Positions 8,357 to 18,187 of a stretch of 32,000 nt of DNA are shown here, one piece after another. Position 1 is the stretch's first letter. Each line of letters opens with the position of its first letter. Made by a program: the position numbers and the translations under genes. The DNA lies in the NCBI GenBank assembly GCA_041494705.1, contig JBGQBI010000003.1, positions 180,001 through 212,000 of the forward strand, given 5' to 3'. The notes below the pieces were generated by a model that had not been told where the DNA came from, did no database searches, and saw nothing but the letters and a program-made list of their open reading frames with translations. Origin of the DNA: Candidatus Methanoperedens sp. (lineage in GTDB: Archaea > Halobacteriota > Methanosarcinia > Methanosarcinales > Methanoperedenaceae).

Positions 8357-10807
8357 TTACCCCTCCATCCCCTCCCTCAACCCCCTCGCCTTCTCGCCCA
8401 GCTCCCTCTTCCCAAAAATCCCTGCAATCAACTCCACAGCCTCCAGAGTCCTCGCAGCCTGGTCAAGGTAACCAAGCACATCCCCGGCATACGCATAAAC
8501 CCCGTACTGCTTCGTAAGCTCCTCTATAATCCCTTCGGGCGAGTGCCCTTCAGCGCAAAGCTCAATGACCCGGCGCGAGAATTTTTTCTCGGCACAGCCG
8601 CAATACGGCGAATCCTTGCATGTGCATGCCATGAACTCCCGCGCAAAATCAAGCATGGTTCGCTTTACATTCTCTTTTAACTTTGACATACCGTCTGCCG
8701 AGAAAACGATATCAAGACCTGCGCCGAAAACACGGGTCGGGATATCAGTCCCCAGCGCATCGGATAACTGTGAAGCATACCTGAAATACACTGAATCTAT
8801 GGTCCCAAGCTCTGTGACTATTTCAAGCGGCTCCCTCCCTTCAAGTATTGCATTCTTTATCAGGAAAGTCTGCTCAACGCTCAGGAAATGCGATGCCACG
8901 ATGCTCCCAAGTTTTGTTGGGGAAAAACCTGGCCCTCTTTTTTCAATAAACCCGTATTCCTGGAGTTTGCCAAGGAGGTAACTGAGGTCTCCATCGCATA
9001 GCAATAATCCCCCGATTTTCCTGATATCGGAAAGCGCATGGGCGACTACGATATTGGAAAGCGTCTCTTCAAGCAGTTCATCATCCCCATAGTCCACGCC
9101 GAAATGCGAAAGTTCCCCATTCAAAAGCCGAAAAGCCACCTCATCCTCTGAATCGCCTTTCCCGAACCTGCTCTCAGGGTCTGCAAGAAGCACCACTTTT
9201 CCCAGGTCATGGTAATCGGGTCTTCCCGCGCGCCCGAGCATCTGCTGGAACTCGCGCACGGTCAGCCATTCAATACCCATTGCAAGGGATTCAAAAATTA
9301 CCTGAGAGGCAGGGAAATCAACGCCCGCTGCAAGCGCCGCTGTAGTCACCACAACAGGAAGGTTTCCGCTGCCGAATTGCTCTTCCACCCTCTTTCGTTC
9401 ATTGTAAGTCAGTCCTGCATGATACGGCATCGCCTTAATGAGAAGCCCGTCCGCAAGCAGGTGGCATTTCCGGCGCGAGTTGGTGAATACAATGGTCTGC
9501 CCCTGGAAACCTTTGGAGGAGCGCTTATCATATTCCTGCCTTGCAAGCTGCTCTATCAACCGCTTCTTCTCGTATTCGGGCGCAAAGATGAGGTGCCGCT
9601 CTATTGGGACAGGCCGCTCCTCAAATTCGATTAAACTTGCCCCGAGTTTTTCAGCAAGCCAGCCGGGTTTTCCAACTGTGGCAGATAGGTAAATAAATTG
9701 TGCATCGGGCGCGGTGAATTTCAGGCGCGCTATAAGACCATCCAGCCTGTGACCTCTTTCTTCGTTCTCAAGCATATGCACTTCATCAATAACTACCGTC
9801 CCGATGTTTCCCAGCATTTCCGAATTGCCCAACCTGATTATAAAATCAATCCCTTCATAGGTGCCCACGATTATGTCCGAAGATGGCGAGGTCCGGATGC
9901 CTTTTACCTTACTGCTTATACGGCTTGTACCCACGCGCAGGGAAGTGGTCGCGACAGAAGAATAACGTTTTGTGAATTGTTCATACTTCTGGTTTGCAAG
10001 CGCGACAAGAGGGACAAGAAAGAGCATCTTACCTTTTTTATTCAGGATGTTCTGGATGCCGGCAAGTTCCCCGACAAATGTTTTCCCCGTAGCCGTTGCT
10101 GAAACGATTAACTGGTTTTTTCCTTCAAGGAGCCCTGCCTTTACAGATAGCGCCTGGACAGGCATAAGTTCATCAAGTTGAGATTCGAGTATCTTTTTAA
10201 ATTCTTCATGAAGTGGCAGGTCTTTTACTTTTAAATAACTCCCGACCCTGCTTGCTTCTATCGTATCGAACCTGGTTAAGCCGGAATCCAGTTTTTCCGG
10301 GCTTATCATTGCTAGCACTTTATCAAGATTTCTTGTTCCTAATAAGAGCTGGATAAGCCTTTCCTGGCCATGTTTTCCCAGCCGGATAGTTTTTGATTCC
10401 TTTAAAAGTTCTTTTTTTGCGCAGTCTTCGCATATCGATTCATTATGAAACCTGATGGAACTGCTATCCAGTACTGTATATTTCCCGGTAATAAGGCAAA
10501 GACGGCATGGGTTCGTATAACCGTAATCCAGTTGATATGCTGACAGCAATTCCTTGAATTCAGCCTCAGAGGTTTCGTTCCCTTCAGCAATCAGAATCTT
10601 ATCCGAAAGGCGGAGAAGTTCGATAAGTTCCGCTGGCGGCCTGAATTCTTCCTTTTCTCCCTGCTTTATCCTGAATTTGCCAACGCGCGCGCCTTTGGGG
10701 GTTTGCTTCAATATCAGGGTTCCGTGGAATGAGGGCACATTTCCGCTGTCTTTTATGGGAAGGATGATGAGCTTTGACTTTTGGGGGTGGATGATGACTT
10801 GGAGCAT
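8357..10807 (-). CDS. Superfamily-2 Ski2-like helicase with N-terminal 4-Cys zinc finger (ASH-Ski2/Eta-like)
   Basis: 816 aa. Helicase motifs: Walker A ATATGKTF, motif II VIDEVH, motif III LSATVG, motif VI QMLGRAGRP. The N-terminal CRLC...CEDC pair and the size match the euryarchaeal ASH-Ski2/Eta family. There is also a Cys-rich C-terminal CTCKDSPYCGC. Confidence 0.8.
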   Translation of the reverse strand: MLQVIIHPQKSKLIILPIKDSGNVPSFHGTLILKQTPKGARVGKFRIKQGEKEEFRPPAELIELLRLSDKILIAEGNETSEAEFKELLSAYQLDYGYTNPCRLCLITGKYTVLDSSSIRFHNESICEDCAKKELLKESKTIRLGKHGQERLIQLLLGTRNLDKVLAMISPEKLDSGLTRFDTIEASRVGSYLKVKDLPLHEEFKKILESQLDELMPVQALSVKAGLLEGKNQLIVSATATGKTFVGELAGIQNILNKKGKMLFLVPLVALANQKYEQFTKRYSSVATTSLRVGTSRISSKVKGIRTSPSSDIIVGTYEGIDFIIRLGNSEMLGNIGTVVIDEVHMLENEERGHRLDGLIARLKFTAPDAQFIYLSATVGKPGWLAEKLGASLIEFEERPVPIERHLIFAPEYEKKRLIEQLARQEYDKRSSKGFQGQTIVFTNSRRKCHLLADGLLIKAMPYHAGLTYNERKRVEEQFGSGNLPVVVTTAALAAGVDFPASQVIFESLAMGIEWLTVREFQQMLGRAGRPDYHDLGKVVLLADPESRFGKGDSEDEVAFRLLNGELSHFGVDYGDDELLEETLSNIVVAHALSDIRKIGGLLLCDGDLSYLLGKLQEYGFIEKRGPGFSPTKLGSIVASHFLSVEQTFLIKNAILEGREPLEIVTELGTIDSVYFRYASQLSDALGTDIPTRVFGAGLDIVFSADGMSKLKENVKRTMLDFAREFMACTCKDSPYCGCAEKKFSRRVIELCAEGHSPEGIIEELTKQYGVYAYAGDVLGYLDQAARTLEAVELIAGIFGKRELGEKARGLREGMEG

Positions 10808-10940
10808 TCTTGAGGTACTGATTGGAGGGTGGGGATATTAATTATGGGGATGGAGAATAACAATCAATGCACAAATTAGAGCGCGAAAAGAGTCGATTAA
10901 TTTCTCCATCATTATCATTTTGTTCATTCAAACCCCTTCA

Positions 10941-11861
10941 TCAGGAAGTCACAAAGTCAATTTGATAGTACGAATTATTTATTTTAACATAACAATTGCC
11001 GTTTTTCTCATTTGAATTACATTTTTTCTGGTAAACCAGAATATCTCGAAGTGCGTTCCATTCCTCTCTTGGAACTGGTTGGCCATGATATCCGTTTCCT
11101 TTGACAGCCTCTGCAAAAATTGGAAATCTATTAATTTCTTCAGTATTCATGACCACAAAAAATTCAGCATCATTAACTTTCGAAATACTATATCCCACGT
11201 ATTGACTGTTTGTTAACGCAAGACCAAACATAAGTAATATCGAGATTGCTGAGATAATTTTTCCAACTCTCATAAAAGTATGTTTAAATCCATTTTTGCT
11301 TGTATCACTCGTGCCATAAATGTAATAAAATCCAGAGGTGATAAGTCCTCCGAGAATTATAAGAGAGAATAAATTAGAAAAAAATCCTATTAAAGAAGGT
11401 AACACTCCAATATATTTATTTTCCAATACAATAAAATATTGCTGAAAAACTGAAATCAATATCGCTGCAAGCACAATTCCGATGTATAAAATGATAGTTG
11501 TTTTATTGATTTTCTTTTCTGAAGCAGCACGGGCCATTAAAAAAACAGCTAATATAATTCCTGGAAGAAATATCATGAAGGGATTTAAATTTAAAGGGAC
11601 AATTCCACTATACCCGACTATCCCAACAAGAATACCACTAACAACACCTGAAGCCCCGAGTTCCAGTTCTTTATTCCATAATAGTCCTGTATAAATGCCA
11701 AAAATGCCCCATATTAGTGCGATAGGCAAAGCACTCATTATATCAGAAGGAACCTTAAACGGATTTAAAAAAATAATCAACATAAACAGGACAAACCCAA
11801 TTACACTACTGAATATTAATCCTACTGCCCCATGCAAGAAATATTTAATACGGTTGTCCAT
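10941..11861 (-). CDS. Polytopic membrane protein, unknown function
   Basis: 306-aa ORF in a visibly AT-rich stretch. It has about 6-7 hydrophobic segments followed by a ~90-aa soluble tail. I recognise no motif. Confidence 0.6.
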   Translation of the reverse strand: MDNRIKYFLHGAVGLIFSSVIGFVLFMLIIFLNPFKVPSDIMSALPIALIWGIFGIYTGLLWNKELELGASGVVSGILVGIVGYSGIVPLNLNPFMIFLPGIILAVFLMARAASEKKINKTTIILYIGIVLAAILISVFQQYFIVLENKYIGVLPSLIGFFSNLFSLIILGGLITSGFYYIYGTSDTSKNGFKHTFMRVGKIISAISILLMFGLALTNSQYVGYSISKVNDAEFFVVMNTEEINRFPIFAEAVKGNGYHGQPVPREEWNALRDILVYQKKCNSNEKNGNCYVKINNSYYQIDFVTS

Positions 11862-12014
11862 ATTGTTAACTCCTCCTAACTTATTTCAAATATTAACAAC
11901 CTCCATTGTATTAATATTTTCTTGCCATTTTTTATTAGAATTTAAACCGATACCGGAATATTAATTTGTTTCTGAATATACCTTCAAGTTTTTCAATTTC
12001 ACAATTATTCTATT

Positions 12015-12175
12015 GAGCGCCAAGATGCGCGCCGTACTAACCCCGTCCCTCCCCTGTTGCGCCCCACCCACGCGCCCCTCCCCGCTGGCAGACCCGGCGC
12101 GTGCCACATGCGCGTAGGCGGACAGGTGCGGAGAACACAATCAAATGCGGTGCGCACGACCCTGAAGGATTCAGA
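12015..12175. other. GC-rich block with seven C-tracts (G-quadruplex/i-motif prone); possible structured RNA
   Basis: Runs of 3-4 C at about 12041, 12047, 12051, 12062, 12067, 12075 and 12080. These are followed by a G-rich half with ccacgcgcc/ggcgcgtg(c) complementarity. Both overlapping ORFs translate to low-complexity R/P/G strings. Confidence 0.4.
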
Positions 12176-12220
12176 ACAGGTCAGCACATGTTCAGCCGAA
12201 TACGCTTGCATTGAATTAAA

Positions 12221-12243
12221 TTTAAATATATGTTTAAACATAT
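12221..12243 (+). promoter_or_regulatory. vapBC promoter with overlapping 16-bp perfect palindrome (putative operator)
   Basis: The TATA-like tttaaatata (12221-12230) is centred ~26 nt before the vapB ATG at 12252, which fits a leaderless mRNA. The palindrome atatgtttaaacatat (12228-12243) overlaps it. Confidence 0.5.
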
Positions 12244-12251
12244 GTTTACTT

Positions 12252-12467
12252 ATGACAGCCAAGACCATAACCATACGCGGAGATATTTACAAAATGCTCC
12301 TCTCGATAAAGGGAGCAAACGAGAGCTTCAGCAATTTTTTTGAACGGCTCGTAAAATCCCGAAAAAATATTGATAAACTCAAAGAATTGAGAGGCTCTGT
12401 TGAATTCAGTAATAAAGAAGCTCTTTTGAAAGAGTTATCTGATAAAAGAAAGGAGATAAGGTATTGA
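12252..12467 (+). CDS. vapB: VapB-type antitoxin (archaeal short antitoxin family)
   Basis: 71 aa from an internal ATG. MTAKTITIRGDIYKMLLSIKGANESFSNFFERL resembles the archaeal putative-antitoxin family found upstream of PIN genes. Its stop overlaps the PIN gene start (TTGA). Confidence 0.7.
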   Translation: MTAKTITIRGDIYKMLLSIKGANESFSNFFERLVKSRKNIDKLKELRGSVEFSNKEALLKELSDKRKEIRY

Positions 12468-12841
12468 TCCTTGCTGATACTGATGTTCTTATTGAAATTT
12501 TCGATAAGAACTCAAAGAAAGGGGCAGCCGCTTTGCAGAGAATCGAGGACGCTGGAGAGGACATTTCCCTCACTTCACTGAATCTGCATGAAATCCTGTA
12601 TGGTATTTATAAATATGCTGATAAGCAAAAATCCGAGAGAATAATGCTGCTTGAGGTTGTGGATTTCACCAAGGATGATGCAGCTCTCTCTGCAAAACTT
12701 GAAGTAAAAGCAGAGGAAAAAGGGAATAAGATTCCCAGATTTGATTCAATGATCGCAGCAGTTGCCATAAATCGGGGTTTCAAATTATTCACTTTTAATA
12801 AAGACCACTTTGAAGTTTTTGAAGAACTGGAACTGTTTTAA
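12464..12841 (+). CDS. vapC: PIN-domain ribonuclease toxin VapC
   Basis: 125 aa with N-terminal ILADTDVLIE (first PIN acidic residue), later E/D positions (HEILYG, FDSMIAA) and typical length. TTG start preceded by AAGGAG. Confidence 0.8.
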   Translation: MILADTDVLIEIFDKNSKKGAAALQRIEDAGEDISLTSLNLHEILYGIYKYADKQKSERIMLLEVVDFTKDDAALSAKLEVKAEEKGNKIPRFDSMIAAVAINRGFKLFTFNKDHFEVFEELELF

Positions 12842-12900
12842 CGTAAGTTTATCCTGGAAATATTCTACATGTGCCGGAAGTGCGTCGTTATTGACGAACG

Positions 12901-14079
12901 TTATTTATTCAAATGCACAACTTTTGGAGGCGGGAAACCGTTAAAATAGGTGGTCGAGGCGATTGTATAAGCACCAATATTTTCAGCATAAAGCAAATCG
13001 TCAATTTGCAGATCTTCCGGCAGCTCATCGGCCAGTGAAATAGTATCGAAAGCGTCGCAAGTGGGGCCAAACGTAGCGCAAACTTTTTTCTCTCCGCCCT
13101 TGAAAGAATGCAGCGGATAATGCTGATGATCAAAAACCTGTCCTGAAAAAGTATGATAAACACCGTCGTTCAGATAATAGCATGTTTTTCCATCACGAAC
13201 AGCTTTGCCAACAATTTTCGTGACTAAAGTACAGGCCGTCGCCACCATAAATCTCCCCGGTTCGGCAATAACCTGAATATCATCTTTGGGGAACATACGC
13301 TTGATTTCCGAATTCAATTTTTCAGCAAGGACGGCAAAAGATTTCACGTCCGGCGTATACTTTACCGGAAACCCGCCGCCAATATCTAATATTTTTCTTT
13401 TCTTGTTTTCCTTGCCAGTAAACCCAATATGATAATTTCTCAATTCTGCTTCCTTGAAAATCGAGGAGGCGAAATTCAAAGCCTGCGAATAGTTATCAAA
13501 ATTATTACACTGGCTGCCGACGTGGAAACTAATGCCTTCAACTCCAAGCCCCAGATTAACAGCTTCGGCGATAAGATCAACCGCTTCTCCGGGATGGGCT
13601 CCAAATTTTGAAGAAAGCTCAACCATAGAGCCTGTATTGGGTACGCGTATCCGCAAAATCAGACCAACATCCGGGGCATGTTTTTTTATCTTTCTTAATT
13701 CTTCAATATTGTCAAAAGTAACTAATATTTTATATTCATTTAACTTAGCCAGGACTTCGGCAGGCTTAATGGTATTAGCATAAATAATCTTATCCCAGAT
13801 AAAATCCTGCCGTTCTTTCTCTGGCAAAAGTTTGATATTATCATGAACCAGCATAAATTCAGGGAAAGAAGCCACGTCAAAACTTGCACCCATATCATAC
13901 ATAGTTTTGATAATTTCAGGATTGGAATTTGCCTTAACAGCAAAATATGCCTGCACATCAGGCAATTTTTCCCTGAATTCACGATAATTCTTCCTGATTT
14001 TTTCATGATCTATAATAAAAACCGGCGTACCGTGTTCTCGGGCAATTTTTTCTAACACTTTATTTTGTTTTTCGATCAT
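12901..14079 (-). CDS. PLP-dependent ornithine (Orn/Lys) decarboxylase, group IV
   Basis: 392 aa with YFAVKANSNPEII (PLP lysine), GGGFPV, EPGRFMVA and GPTCDAFD motifs of eukaryote-type ODC. Confidence 0.85.
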   Translation of the reverse strand: MIEKQNKVLEKIAREHGTPVFIIDHEKIRKNYREFREKLPDVQAYFAVKANSNPEIIKTMYDMGASFDVASFPEFMLVHDNIKLLPEKERQDFIWDKIIYANTIKPAEVLAKLNEYKILVTFDNIEELRKIKKHAPDVGLILRIRVPNTGSMVELSSKFGAHPGEAVDLIAEAVNLGLGVEGISFHVGSQCNNFDNYSQALNFASSIFKEAELRNYHIGFTGKENKKRKILDIGGGFPVKYTPDVKSFAVLAEKLNSEIKRMFPKDDIQVIAEPGRFMVATACTLVTKIVGKAVRDGKTCYYLNDGVYHTFSGQVFDHQHYPLHSFKGGEKKVCATFGPTCDAFDTISLADELPEDLQIDDLLYAENIGAYTIASTTYFNGFPPPKVVHLNK

Positions 14080-14112
14080 ATTGTATCCGATATTATTAGC
14101 TATTACTAATTA

Positions 14113-15561
14113 TTAACCTATGAAAATAAAATTTTCAATTTGCCATGGATCGGGATTATATTTCGCTGCCGGATTTTCTTTAAAAAATATTTTGCGATTT
14201 TTAAGAGGTGTCCAATCAGTTGGAGTCGAAATAAATTTTCCGAGATACGGTTTGGCAATATCCAGGACAAAATCATGAGGCAGGTCGTCGGGCAATTTAA
14301 TACCTTCCCGCGGATTTTCAAGCATCCAGAGTACAGCAGCAACAATACCTGCCGCCACTTGAAGTGTAGTGGCGTTCTGGCCGGGAGCAAGAGATCTGGC
14401 TTCGTCAATGCTCAAAGAGCTGCCTGTCCACCAGGAATTATAATGATGCCCCATCAAGAGCGCTCCCAGAGTATCCTCGCCAGATATAATTTCATTTCTC
14501 ATGATCCTGATCCTGGGTTGGAGTTCGTAATTCCGGCCGCGCAATTCCCAAAGAGAGGAAAGCGTATCGTGACATGGCATATAAGCATAATTTACGGTAG
14601 GCCGGTAGATCGCCTTGCCATCTTCCCAGACAGTTAACCGGTCTGAAAGGCCAAATGCTTCACCATGGCGGATCATCATACCGATAATTTCTTCATTCGG
14701 TATCCACGATCTGACCCATGTATTAATGCCCATCTGGGGTAAGAAAATCTGATTTTTCGGTCCGCACGGAGGTATATTCGCCAGGGGCGGCAGCTTCCTC
14801 TCATGCGTTCCCCAACCTATTTCAGCCGGAGCCGTCCCTTCTTCCCGCAATCCTTCAATGCTCCATGTCCCTACAAATTCGTTAACCTCTTTTGGCCTGT
14901 TGGCAATTTGAGTATCCCGCTCGCTGCAATGGATCACTTTTATTCCTAATTTCTTCGCCAGTCGGGCAAAATCCCTGTCTTTTGCAAGGTGGGCAATTTC
15001 TTCTTCATCTTGCGGAGAAACTTTCTTATCTAAACTGATGCGCGCAGCAATATCCAGCAAGGCTTGCTTGACAAAGTGAGATATCAAGCCGGGATTTGCA
15101 CCATGGTCAATAACAGCGGTTGGCGCATCTTTCCAATCACGGGAAAGTTCGCGCAATTGCATCTGGCGCCAGTAGAGCGACTTTTCAAAGGGGCTTTTTG
15201 TATAAATTCCCTCAGTAGGATCCCAGAGTTCAACCGAAGTATTAACGTACAATACTTCGTGATCATGGCACCATTTTATAATATCATTGGCGCCGATATT
15301 CCACGCTAAATCAATGAGCAAGCCCCCATTATCCAGATATTTTGACAAAACTTGATCTATATTTTCCGGGGTAATTTTTTCACGGAAATATTTTAATCCC
15401 TGATCGGTATATTTTTTCAGATCTTTTGATTTGTCTTCAAAATCAATTATGGTAATGCTTTCTAGCGGAACATCGATTTTGTCTATTAAAATGGGCAGGG
15501 TGCATTGTGAAACTGCGCCATAACCGATAATAAGGATTTTATTGTTGAATTTTTTTTTCAT
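14113..15561 (-). CDS. hss: Homospermidine synthase (bacterial type)
   Basis: 482 aa with GANPGLISHFVKQAL, SERDTQ, GTWSIEGL, AEIGWGTHE, YRPTVNYAYMPC, GQNATTLQVAAG, TDWTPL and DPWQ blocks, as in the Rhodopseudomonas-type enzyme. Confidence 0.88.
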   Translation of the reverse strand: MKKKFNNKILIIGYGAVSQCTLPILIDKIDVPLESITIIDFEDKSKDLKKYTDQGLKYFREKITPENIDQVLSKYLDNGGLLIDLAWNIGANDIIKWCHDHEVLYVNTSVELWDPTEGIYTKSPFEKSLYWRQMQLRELSRDWKDAPTAVIDHGANPGLISHFVKQALLDIAARISLDKKVSPQDEEEIAHLAKDRDFARLAKKLGIKVIHCSERDTQIANRPKEVNEFVGTWSIEGLREEGTAPAEIGWGTHERKLPPLANIPPCGPKNQIFLPQMGINTWVRSWIPNEEIIGMMIRHGEAFGLSDRLTVWEDGKAIYRPTVNYAYMPCHDTLSSLWELRGRNYELQPRIRIMRNEIISGEDTLGALLMGHHYNSWWTGSSLSIDEARSLAPGQNATTLQVAAGIVAAVLWMLENPREGIKLPDDLPHDFVLDIAKPYLGKFISTPTDWTPLKNRKIFFKENPAAKYNPDPWQIENFIFIG

Positions 15562-15842
15562 TTTTTTCCATTCCGCAAGAGACCTAATAATTATTCATAG
15601 TTTTTAAATTTTTCCTTGATTCGAAAAAATCATTTGCTCCTTCAGCATAATTGGTATATCCATTTCTTCCTTGCTCGCGACGTAAACGTAACACAAAGAT
15701 ATAATTCTTCGTATTGAATGCGACCTGATGCCAGCCGATTTACGGCGATGTCGTGTGGCAAGAAACCCCGTTTCTCCCATAATCCGCAGAGTTTATGTGT
15801 ATGCTTAACATAGAACCGCAGAGCAAAAAGGAGTTCTCGAAC

Positions 15843-16802
15843 ATGGATACATTAGCATTGATCACGCGAAACACCGAAGAGATCGTCACCCAGGAAGAAT
15901 TAGAAGCGCTCATCAACTCAAAAAAGCAGCCCAGCGCTTACGTGGGCTACGAACCCAGCGGGAAGATCCACATGGGCCACGTACTTACGGTGAACAAGCT
16001 CCTCGACCTCCAGCAGGCAGGTTTTAAAATTACAGTGCTTCTTGCGGATGTCCATGCTTATCTTAACGAAAAGGGAACGATGGATGAGGTAAGAAAAATC
16101 GCCGACTATAACAAGAGATGCTTTATCGCTCTTGGTCTTGACGAAGAAAAGACAAATTTCGTGCTTGGCTCCTCGTACCAGCTTAAGCCTGAGTACATGC
16201 TGGATGTACTGAAACTTGCCCGAAGCACCACGTTAAACAGGGCGCGGCGCAGTATGGACGAGGTGAGCCGGGACGCCGAGAACCCCAAAGTTTCCCAGAT
16301 GATATATCCGCTCATGCAGGCACTGGATATTGCCCATCTTGGCGTGGACGTGGCTGTCGGGGGCATCGACCAGCGAAAGATTCACATGCTTGCAAGGGAA
16401 GGACTGCCCGAGCTTGGATTCGCAGCGCCAGTCTGTATCCATACACCAATTCTTCTCGGGCTTGACGGCAAGAAAATGTCATCGAGCAAGGGAAATTACA
16501 TTTCTGTTGATGATACGCCTGAAGATATGAAAAAGAAAATGAAAGGGGCGTTCTGCGTGGAAGGCGAGGTCAAGGATAATCCGGTGCTTGCTCTTTTCAA
16601 ATACCATATCATGCCACGCTACCCGCAGATACTCATCAAGCGGTCTGAAAAATACGGCGGCAACCTGCAATATGAGAATTATGAAGCGCTTGAAGCCGAT
16701 TTTGGTAGAAAGGCTCTTCATCCGATGGATTTGAAGGCAGCGGCTGCCGAGTATATGAATGAGATACTTGAGCCGGTAAGGAAATTAATGGTGGAAAAAT
16801 GA
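15843..16802 (+). CDS. tyrS: Tyrosyl-tRNA synthetase (archaeal)
   Basis: HIGH motif GKIHMGH and KMSKS motif KMSSS. Start placed at ATG 15843, preceded by AAAGGAG; the ORF is open from 15795. Confidence 0.92.
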   Translation: MDTLALITRNTEEIVTQEELEALINSKKQPSAYVGYEPSGKIHMGHVLTVNKLLDLQQAGFKITVLLADVHAYLNEKGTMDEVRKIADYNKRCFIALGLDEEKTNFVLGSSYQLKPEYMLDVLKLARSTTLNRARRSMDEVSRDAENPKVSQMIYPLMQALDIAHLGVDVAVGGIDQRKIHMLAREGLPELGFAAPVCIHTPILLGLDGKKMSSSKGNYISVDDTPEDMKKKMKGAFCVEGEVKDNPVLALFKYHIMPRYPQILIKRSEKYGGNLQYENYEALEADFGRKALHPMDLKAAAAEYMNEILEPVRKLMVEK

Positions 16803-17089
16803 TTACGCACATAGTCTTTTTTAAATTAAAAGACCGAAGCCGGGGGAGCGTCGAAAAGGCGATGGATGTTTTACTGGGAATGAAAGGCAGTATCCCACAG
16901 CTTCGCCATCTGGAGGTCGGGAGCGACGTGCTTCATTCCCAGCGTTCGTTTGACATCGCCCTTGTTACGAAATTCGATTCGCTGGAAGAGCTTGAGGCGT
17001 ATCAAAAACATCCTGTGCATGTTGAAGTGGCGAAATACATGACATCGGTGAGAAAATTTTCGGTGGTTGTGGATTATGAGTCAAAATGA
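16799..17089 (+). CDS. Stress-responsive A/B-barrel (Dabb) domain protein
   Basis: 96 aa. ITHIVFFKLKD ... LEVG ... FDIALVTKFDS.EELEAYQKHPVHVEV is the Dabb pattern. Its ATGA start/stop overlap with tyrS suggests co-translation. Confidence 0.8.
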   Translation: MITHIVFFKLKDRSRGSVEKAMDVLLGMKGSIPQLRHLEVGSDVLHSQRSFDIALVTKFDSLEELEAYQKHPVHVEVAKYMTSVRKFSVVVDYESK

Positions 17090-17090
17090 A

Positions 17091-17594
17091 TTATCCCAGA
17101 TAATCTCCCTGTATCTTTACAACTTCCGTGCTATCTTTTGCAGCAGAATACCTCTCCAGAGGTTCCCTGTTAAGTTCTAAAAATACTGGTCCCCATTTGA
17201 ACTTGTTCAGTATGAGTGCTGCCTGCTCTTTCTCCCCCAGTATGTATAGCGCCGCGGCAAAAGCCTCCACTGTGCTGAGCTTGAACGGCTTGCCGAAGTT
17301 CACCGCATTGGCAGCAAGAAGATACGGCAGGGCGCGGTGTTGGAGCCGTAGCCTCTGCAATACCGGGAATACTCTTTCCACCTCTTCCCATGAACAGTCA
17401 AGTACCACGATGCCCCTTCCTGCATCATCAGCCGGTGATAGCGCCTGCTCGGAAAATGGGTCAAGGAATATCGCCCCGCCGGGAAGTTTCCTCGGGTTAT
17501 CATGCAGGGTGGCGAGGTTGAACCTGGCAAGCTTTTTCCCTGTGCATTTCTTGGGGTCGCACTGGTTGGCATGGTAGAGGTGGAGTGGAATCAT
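17091..17594 (-). CDS. tsr3: 16S rRNA aminocarboxypropyltransferase Tsr3
   Basis: [17 protein letters not shown] and VVLDCSW motifs of Tsr3/DUF367. Start placed at internal ATG 17594 (167 aa); the ORF is open to 17648. Confidence 0.85.
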   Translation of the reverse strand: MIPLHLYHANQCDPKKCTGKKLARFNLATLHDNPRKLPGGAIFLDPFSEQALSPADDAGRGIVVLDCSWEEVERVFPVLQRLRLQHRALPYLLAANAVNFGKPFKLSTVEAFAAALYILGEKEQAALILNKFKWGPVFLELNREPLERYSAAKDSTEVVKIQGDYLG

Positions 17595-17769
17595 GTAGTG
17601 TAATTGATGCTGCAGGTTTATATTATGTCTGAATTCAGTCACGAACACTGTAATAAATTACGGTGCATCGACGGGGTACTTCGCCTTCGGCTCAGAGAAG
17701 GATGCATAAACATCTTTTTGCTATTAGAATCCGAGAGTATTTATATGCATAAAGCCCATTTATTATTGG

Positions 17770-18036
17770 ATGTACGACGTTGAAGCCTTTAAAAGAGCAT
17801 ACCCAGAATGGTTTCCTCCTACAACAGCTATGGATATTCTCACCAGAGTCTTTATTTTCGCCCTTATCTTTTTGATTCCATATATATATGTAAGATTTGT
17901 TGAGAGGAGATTAGTTTCATTTGTAAGAAATAGAGTAATTCCATTTATTCGATTTAAATTACATTTAGAAAAACCTATCATCCTTATTGAGCGCATTCTC
18001 AAAACCCCGGTATTTAAATCAAAATCAAAATCTTAG
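17770..18036 (+). CDS. Hypothetical small membrane protein
   Basis: 88-aa ORF in an AT-rich stretch with one clear hydrophobic helix (ILTRVFIFALIFLIPYIYV) and a basic tail. No motif, so it may be spurious. Confidence 0.35.
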   Translation: MYDVEAFKRAYPEWFPPTTAMDILTRVFIFALIFLIPYIYVRFVERRLVSFVRNRVIPFIRFKLHLEKPIILIERILKTPVFKSKSKS

Positions 18037-18099
18037 CTATAATACAACCTATAATAAGTCAAGTCACCCCAAAGCATGTATTAAAGTGTTGAAAACAAG

Positions 18100-18184
18100 T
18101 GCGGAGGATGGGATTTGAACCCACGAATTCCTACGAAACCAGCCCCTCAAGCTGGCGCCTTTGACCTGTCTGGGCAACCTCCGC
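18100..18184 (-). tRNA. tRNA-Leu (anticodon GAG)
   Basis: Hand fold: acceptor GCGGAGG/CCTCCGC, anticodon stem CCAGC/GCTGG with loop TTGAGGG, long variable arm, T-arm GTGGG TTCAAAT CCCAT, discriminator A. No CCA is encoded. Confidence 0.9.
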
Positions 18185-18187
18185 AAT

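Noticed and set aside
12005-12274. 89-aa minus ORF and the N-terminal 65 codons of the 136-aa plus ORF across the GC-rich block.
   Set aside because: Their translations are R/P/G/A low-complexity strings. vapB has its own ATG at 12252 with a correctly spaced TATA box.
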